Assembly: GCA_047285535.1 (NCBI GenBank)
Contig: JBJBDC010000001.1
Span: forward strand, 960,136-1,024,135
Reading direction: 5' to 3'
Length of the DNA stretch: 64,000 nt
Source of the DNA: Synechococcus sp.
GTDB taxonomy: Bacteria; Cyanobacteriota; Cyanobacteriia; PCC-6307; Cyanobiaceae
Made by a program: the position numbers and the translations under genes. The stretch's first letter is position 1. Every line of letters starts with the position of its first letter. Shown piece by piece: positions 61,278-64,000 of the stretch. The notes below the pieces were generated by a model. That model worked only from the letters and a program-made list of their open reading frames with translations. It ran no database searches and had not been told where the DNA came from.

Positions 61278-61775
61278 ACCAAAAATCACATATATCAAAA
61301 CGTACGAATGCTAATCAAGATTAATCACTTCTAAATTTTTATCGCTTGATCAGAACAGCCTTTCGCGCTGAAAGAACTCGACCCTAGAGGAAAAGGCATA
61401 TAACTAATCCTGGAGAAAACATCTTCAAACTGCTTAGTAGAACAGAAAAAGAAGCGCAATCTTTAGACTAACTGAGCAGGGACAACCATGATCGTTTTCA
61501 AAGGGAAACAATGCTGACCATCCAACAATGATCATCTACCCCATTCATCGATTGAAGCCAAGGAGTGAATTCGTCAATTCCATCAACCAGCCCGAAACAA
61601 TATCTTTGGGCTGATGGAAACCAATTAACGGTTTCTATTGGATTGGAGTTGAAAATCAACTGAAAAACTTATCCCGAATTTGGCAAAGCAAATAACAGCC
61701 TAAATGATACTTGCTCGCGATCCCTTGATCAACAAAGAGGAAGAAATTTGCAATAGCTCACTTGACTAGATTGAT

Positions 61776-61961
61776 TTAGGAATCTGAATCAGCGTCATCG
61801 GTCCAGCGACGTTCAACCTGAATGAAGAGCAACCAAGCCGCAGCCCCTCCAGTAGCACCGGACCAATCCATGCGAAGCAACTCGATCACTGCAACGGTAC
61901 TTGCCGCGATGCGCAGTGCCTTCAAACAAAAAAGGCTGTAGCGTCGAAGGCGATCATCCAT
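61776..61961 (-). CDS. small membrane hypothetical protein
   Basis: 61-aa ORF with two hydrophobic stretches. Confidence 0.55.
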   Translation of the reverse strand: MDDRLRRYSLFCLKALRIAASTVAVIELLRMDWSGATGGAAAWLLFIQVERRWTDDADSDS

Positions 61962-62541
61962 CGATGAGACAAAAGAGCTTTCAGCTCAATCAAGCCCTAT
62001 AGATCCGGTTTAGCAAAAACCTTCCGGTTCAGCCGATGTCTTGAAAAATGAAGCACCTTGAAAGTTCGCTGGGCGTCGAGAATCCAATCAAGACACTCAG
62101 TAAGAACCTTGATCAAGGCACATAGCATTAAAGAGCCGGAAGCTGAACTGCCGTGGCCTGGAGATAACTCCATGCAACCATGCACACTAAAAGCGGAGGG
62201 AGCACGGCAACAACGAAGACCTTAAGCAGTCCTGCCGTCGATGAGCAAAATCAAACGACAAGAAACAATCTTGAAACGAGTGATGGCGCAGGCACAACAC
62301 AGCTGTCATCCTGATATCTTATGTATGAGAATGTGAAGTGTTTCGAACGAATGATCTCCGCTTCTGGAAAGCAATTGCTGGCGTCATCTCCCTGGTGACA
62401 AGCTGCTTGTTAGCCTGGCTTATACTAAAGATGTAAACATCTTAAACACTTTTCACGCGAAAGATTAAGGATAATCAATGCACTACCACTCGCAAACTGT
62501 GTATTGATCAACTCAATCAAGAAGGAATGGTCAACGTCTTT

Positions 62542-62895
62542 TCAAAAGATCAAATTGGCAAGTAACAAAACAAGAGCTCCAACGAGCAGAGTCATCAATA
62601 ATGTTGCAACAATCAACCCCCCACCAGCAATCCATGCAACACGCTTTGAGGTCTCGGGAAATAACAAATAAAAACTGAGGCCTGCCGCTAGTCCCCAAAG
62701 CGGCGGAATCAAAACACAAATTAGAGTCAAAAGGATGAGTCTTAACTTTAGATTGCGCTGCTGTTCAATCATGCGCAATTCAGATAACTCCTGTTCCTCC
62801 AGCTCCAATCGTTCTTCATCGCTTAGCCAACGCCCCAAGTCTTGAGCTTGTTTGAGCTCACGCTCGAGTTTTTTAGAGCTTGTAGAAGGATGCAT
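62542..62895 (-). CDS. membrane hypothetical protein
   Basis: Charged coiled N-terminus and TM C-terminus (IPPLW). Confidence 0.7.
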   Translation of the reverse strand: MHPSTSSKKLERELKQAQDLGRWLSDEERLELEEQELSELRMIEQQRNLKLRLILLTLICVLIPPLWGLAAGLSFYLLFPETSKRVAWIAGGGLIVATLLMTLLVGALVLLLANLIF

Positions 62896-62957
62896 GGACC
62901 TAATTTATCGTTGTTTTCAGCGTGGGCTGCGCTCCCAGGCCCGCTCGAGCTGATCCC

Positions 62958-63179
62958 TCATCGCGTTGGTGGAGGTTTCAGCTGATGAACGATTGCGGCG
63001 AAAGGCCGCGGTGATTCGCCAAAAACGGGTTGCGCAAGCGACAGCGACAACAGACCAAGCCAACAAGATCCAAGCAGAGCCGTGCACAAACATTGTGTGA
63101 ATGCCTCCATGATGGTGGCTGAAACGAGAGTGTTGATGAACGGCAAGGTCGTAGTTGGTGCCATTGCAATATTTGTCAC
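62958..63179 (-). CDS. small hypothetical protein
   Basis: ORF with one hydrophobic segment; start uncertain. Confidence 0.4.
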   Translation of the reverse strand: MTNIAMAPTTTLPFINTLVSATIMEAFTQCLCTALLGSCWLGLLSLSLAQPVFGESPRPFAAIVHQLKPPPTR

Positions 63180-63191
63180 AGCAATCGCAAT

Positions 63192-63602
63192 CTATGAATT
63201 TCTGTTGGTCAGGGGGCTAGCTCCAAACAGCTGACGCTCGCAGCGATATGTTTCGATCGTCCCCCTCCTCTGGCGAAATTCAGGATGCTCAGGGTCTTTC
63301 ACCCTCCACCACCAGCGACCATCCGTATAGCTGGGCTCACCAACATTGTTGGTACGGGGGAGTTGCAAGCTCATCCCTCGCCAATGAAGCAAGATTCCAT
63401 CGCCAGAAACAGTGCCATCAGCACTGTTTGGAAGTGGTGTCACGACAGTTCCGATCGCTTCCTGGCCAAGACGGATGCGCTCCGAAGACAGCGGATCTCC
63501 CTCACACAAATAGCTGGCTGCAAACAGAGGAGACCCTGCAGCGAGGCAGAGCACCACAACCATGCAAAACGAAATCAAGGAGCTCAAGACAAACCTAACC
63601 AT
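63192..63602 (-). CDS. exported hypothetical protein (possible MliC/PliC-like fold)
   Basis: Signal peptide; YLC ... LQLPRT..GEPSYTDGRWWW ... YRC. Confidence 0.65.
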   Translation of the reverse strand: MVRFVLSSLISFCMVVVLCLAAGSPLFAASYLCEGDPLSSERIRLGQEAIGTVVTPLPNSADGTVSGDGILLHWRGMSLQLPRTNNVGEPSYTDGRWWWRVKDPEHPEFRQRRGTIETYRCERQLFGASPLTNRNS

Positions 63603-63656
63603 TACTCTCACCCAAGCACTCGACACGACAGAGTGTTGTTGAGACAGAGAATTTCG

Positions 63657-63956
63657 ATGAACCCAACACAAGAGCAAATGCTGGCGGCGTCGGCCGGTTG
63701 GGTGGCCGTGATCCTGAACATAATGCCAGGACTGGGTGTTGGTTATGTGTATCAACGGCGCTGGAAGGCCTACTGGATCACCACATTAGTGACGACAACT
63801 TGGTTCATGGCCGGTGCTCTCTTAGGCCAGAACGCTGAGAGTTCCGCTGAAACTCAAAACCAACTTGTGGGGCTGATCGGCCTCATAGTCCTCGCCATCG
63901 TCACCAGCACAGAAGCGGGGCTGACTGTCAAGACAGTACGTGCCAATATCAAATAG
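63657..63956 (+). CDS. small membrane protein
   Basis: LNIMPGLGVGYVYQRRW plus two further TM segments. Confidence 0.7.
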   Translation: MNPTQEQMLAASAGWVAVILNIMPGLGVGYVYQRRWKAYWITTLVTTTWFMAGALLGQNAESSAETQNQLVGLIGLIVLAIVTSTEAGLTVKTVRANIK

Positions 63957-64000
63957 GGAAGAGCTTTAATGGTTTCATTTGGATTAATTCAATCCTGTTT

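Noticed and set aside
1..64000. tRNA, rRNA, integrase, transposase or prophage genes; the many antisense ORFs in the track
   Set aside because: None recognised by inspection; antisense ORFs lie opposite well-supported genes and show no motifs

Overview
Chromosomal segment of a marine picocyanobacterium. Gene order and protein sequences are typical of marine Synechococcus; this is inferred from recognisable proteins, not from a database search. Core blocks are gnd-pgl, ilvD, upp, cobW, purS-purQ, adjacent class II and class I fructose-bisphosphate aldolases, accD, prk, leuB, lpxD, proB-yqeG-ruvX, a Fur-family regulator, hisA and pgsA. Several AT-richer accessory stretches interrupt them (about 7.0-10.0, 21.6-26.4, 44-48.7 and 59.7-62.5 kb). 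The most interesting part is an 11-kb minus-strand metal-acquisition region (48.4-59.7 kb). It holds a Mn-type ABC transporter followed by a secreted metal-independent (iota/COG4337-like, HHSS motif) carbonic anhydrase candidate and a His-rich DUF3721 protein. It continues with a cytochrome c6 paralog, YcgR/YcgQ-type permeases, a large exported protein and a Zn-type ABC transporter. A perfect 14-1-14 Zur/Fur-type palindrome overlaps the znuB stop codon directly in front of znuA, which is followed by a His/acidic-loop outer-membrane beta-barrel candidate. Also notable are a ~200-bp tandem duplication whose copies each look like a promoter + ~55-nt two-hairpin sRNA with compensatory stem changes, a perfect (GAACAT)8 tract encoding the CobW His-Glu run, and an unannotated 26-aa membrane microprotein in front of a GluR0-like K+ channel. 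No tRNA, rRNA, CRISPR array, integrase or transposase was recognised.
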